A DNA stretch of 64,000 nt from Octopus sinensis (taxonomy: Eukaryota), in assembly GCF_006345805.1 (NCBI RefSeq), contig NC_043020.1:7564001-7628000 (forward strand), written 5' to 3'. The notes below the pieces were generated by a model that did not search any database, had not been told where the DNA came from, and saw only the letters and a program-made list of their open reading frames with translations. Of the stretch, positions 63,671 through 64,000 are shown in pieces. Numbering within the stretch: the stretch's first letter is position 1; each line of letters opens with the position of its first letter. Both the position numbers and the translations under genes were made by a program.

Positions 63671-64000
63671 CTATCTCTCTGACACGAAAGGCGGCAAGCT
63701 GGTAGAATCGTTAGCACGCTGGGCGAAATGCGTAGCCGTATTTCATCTGCTGCTACGTCCTGGGTTCAAATTCCGCCGAGGTCGACTTTGCCTTTCATCC
63801 TTTCGAGGTCGATAAATTAAGTACCAGTTGCACATTGGGGTCGATATAATCAACTTAATCCGTTTGTCTGTCCGTGTTTGTCCCCTCTGTGTTTAGCCCC
63901 TTGTGGGTAGTAAAGAAATATATCTCTCTCTGACACCAGATCTTGAATTTGGTGATGCAGCTGGTGAGATTGACTGGATGGTAATTAACAGGTGATGTGT

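Overview
AT-rich, microsatellite- and SINE-dense metazoan genomic DNA. The repeat families and composition point to an octopus or related cephalopod; this is inferred from recognition, not from a database search. The only host gene I can support is a 5'-truncated DCDC2-like doublecortin-domain gene on the + strand. It has 8 visible exons from 10765 to 52417, all AG/GT bounded and joining into one open frame of about 599 aa: the last DCX domain, a DCDC2-type GVFKA...EVPVD motif, two frame-neutral micro-exons (27 and 36 nt) and a 372-aa acidic disordered terminal exon. The rest is mobile or repetitive DNA: an antisense, 5'-truncated RTE LINE (46788-50546) whose ORF is broken only by seven 1-nt deletions, all in homopolymer runs, and which carries a PHD-type C4HC3 finger within ORF2; many RTE 3'-end fragments; three tRNA-headed SINE families; decayed mariner and CR1-group elements; several MITEs; and long simple-repeat arrays. 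The most striking unannotated signal is a set of type I hammerhead-ribozyme motifs resembling the minimal Penelope-type ribozymes. One pair lies in the two arms of a 430-bp near-perfect foldback (3205-3633), another copy is at 53909-53986, and degenerate relics occur elsewhere. Exon, ribozyme and TIR coordinates were counted base by base; other repeat boundaries are approximate.
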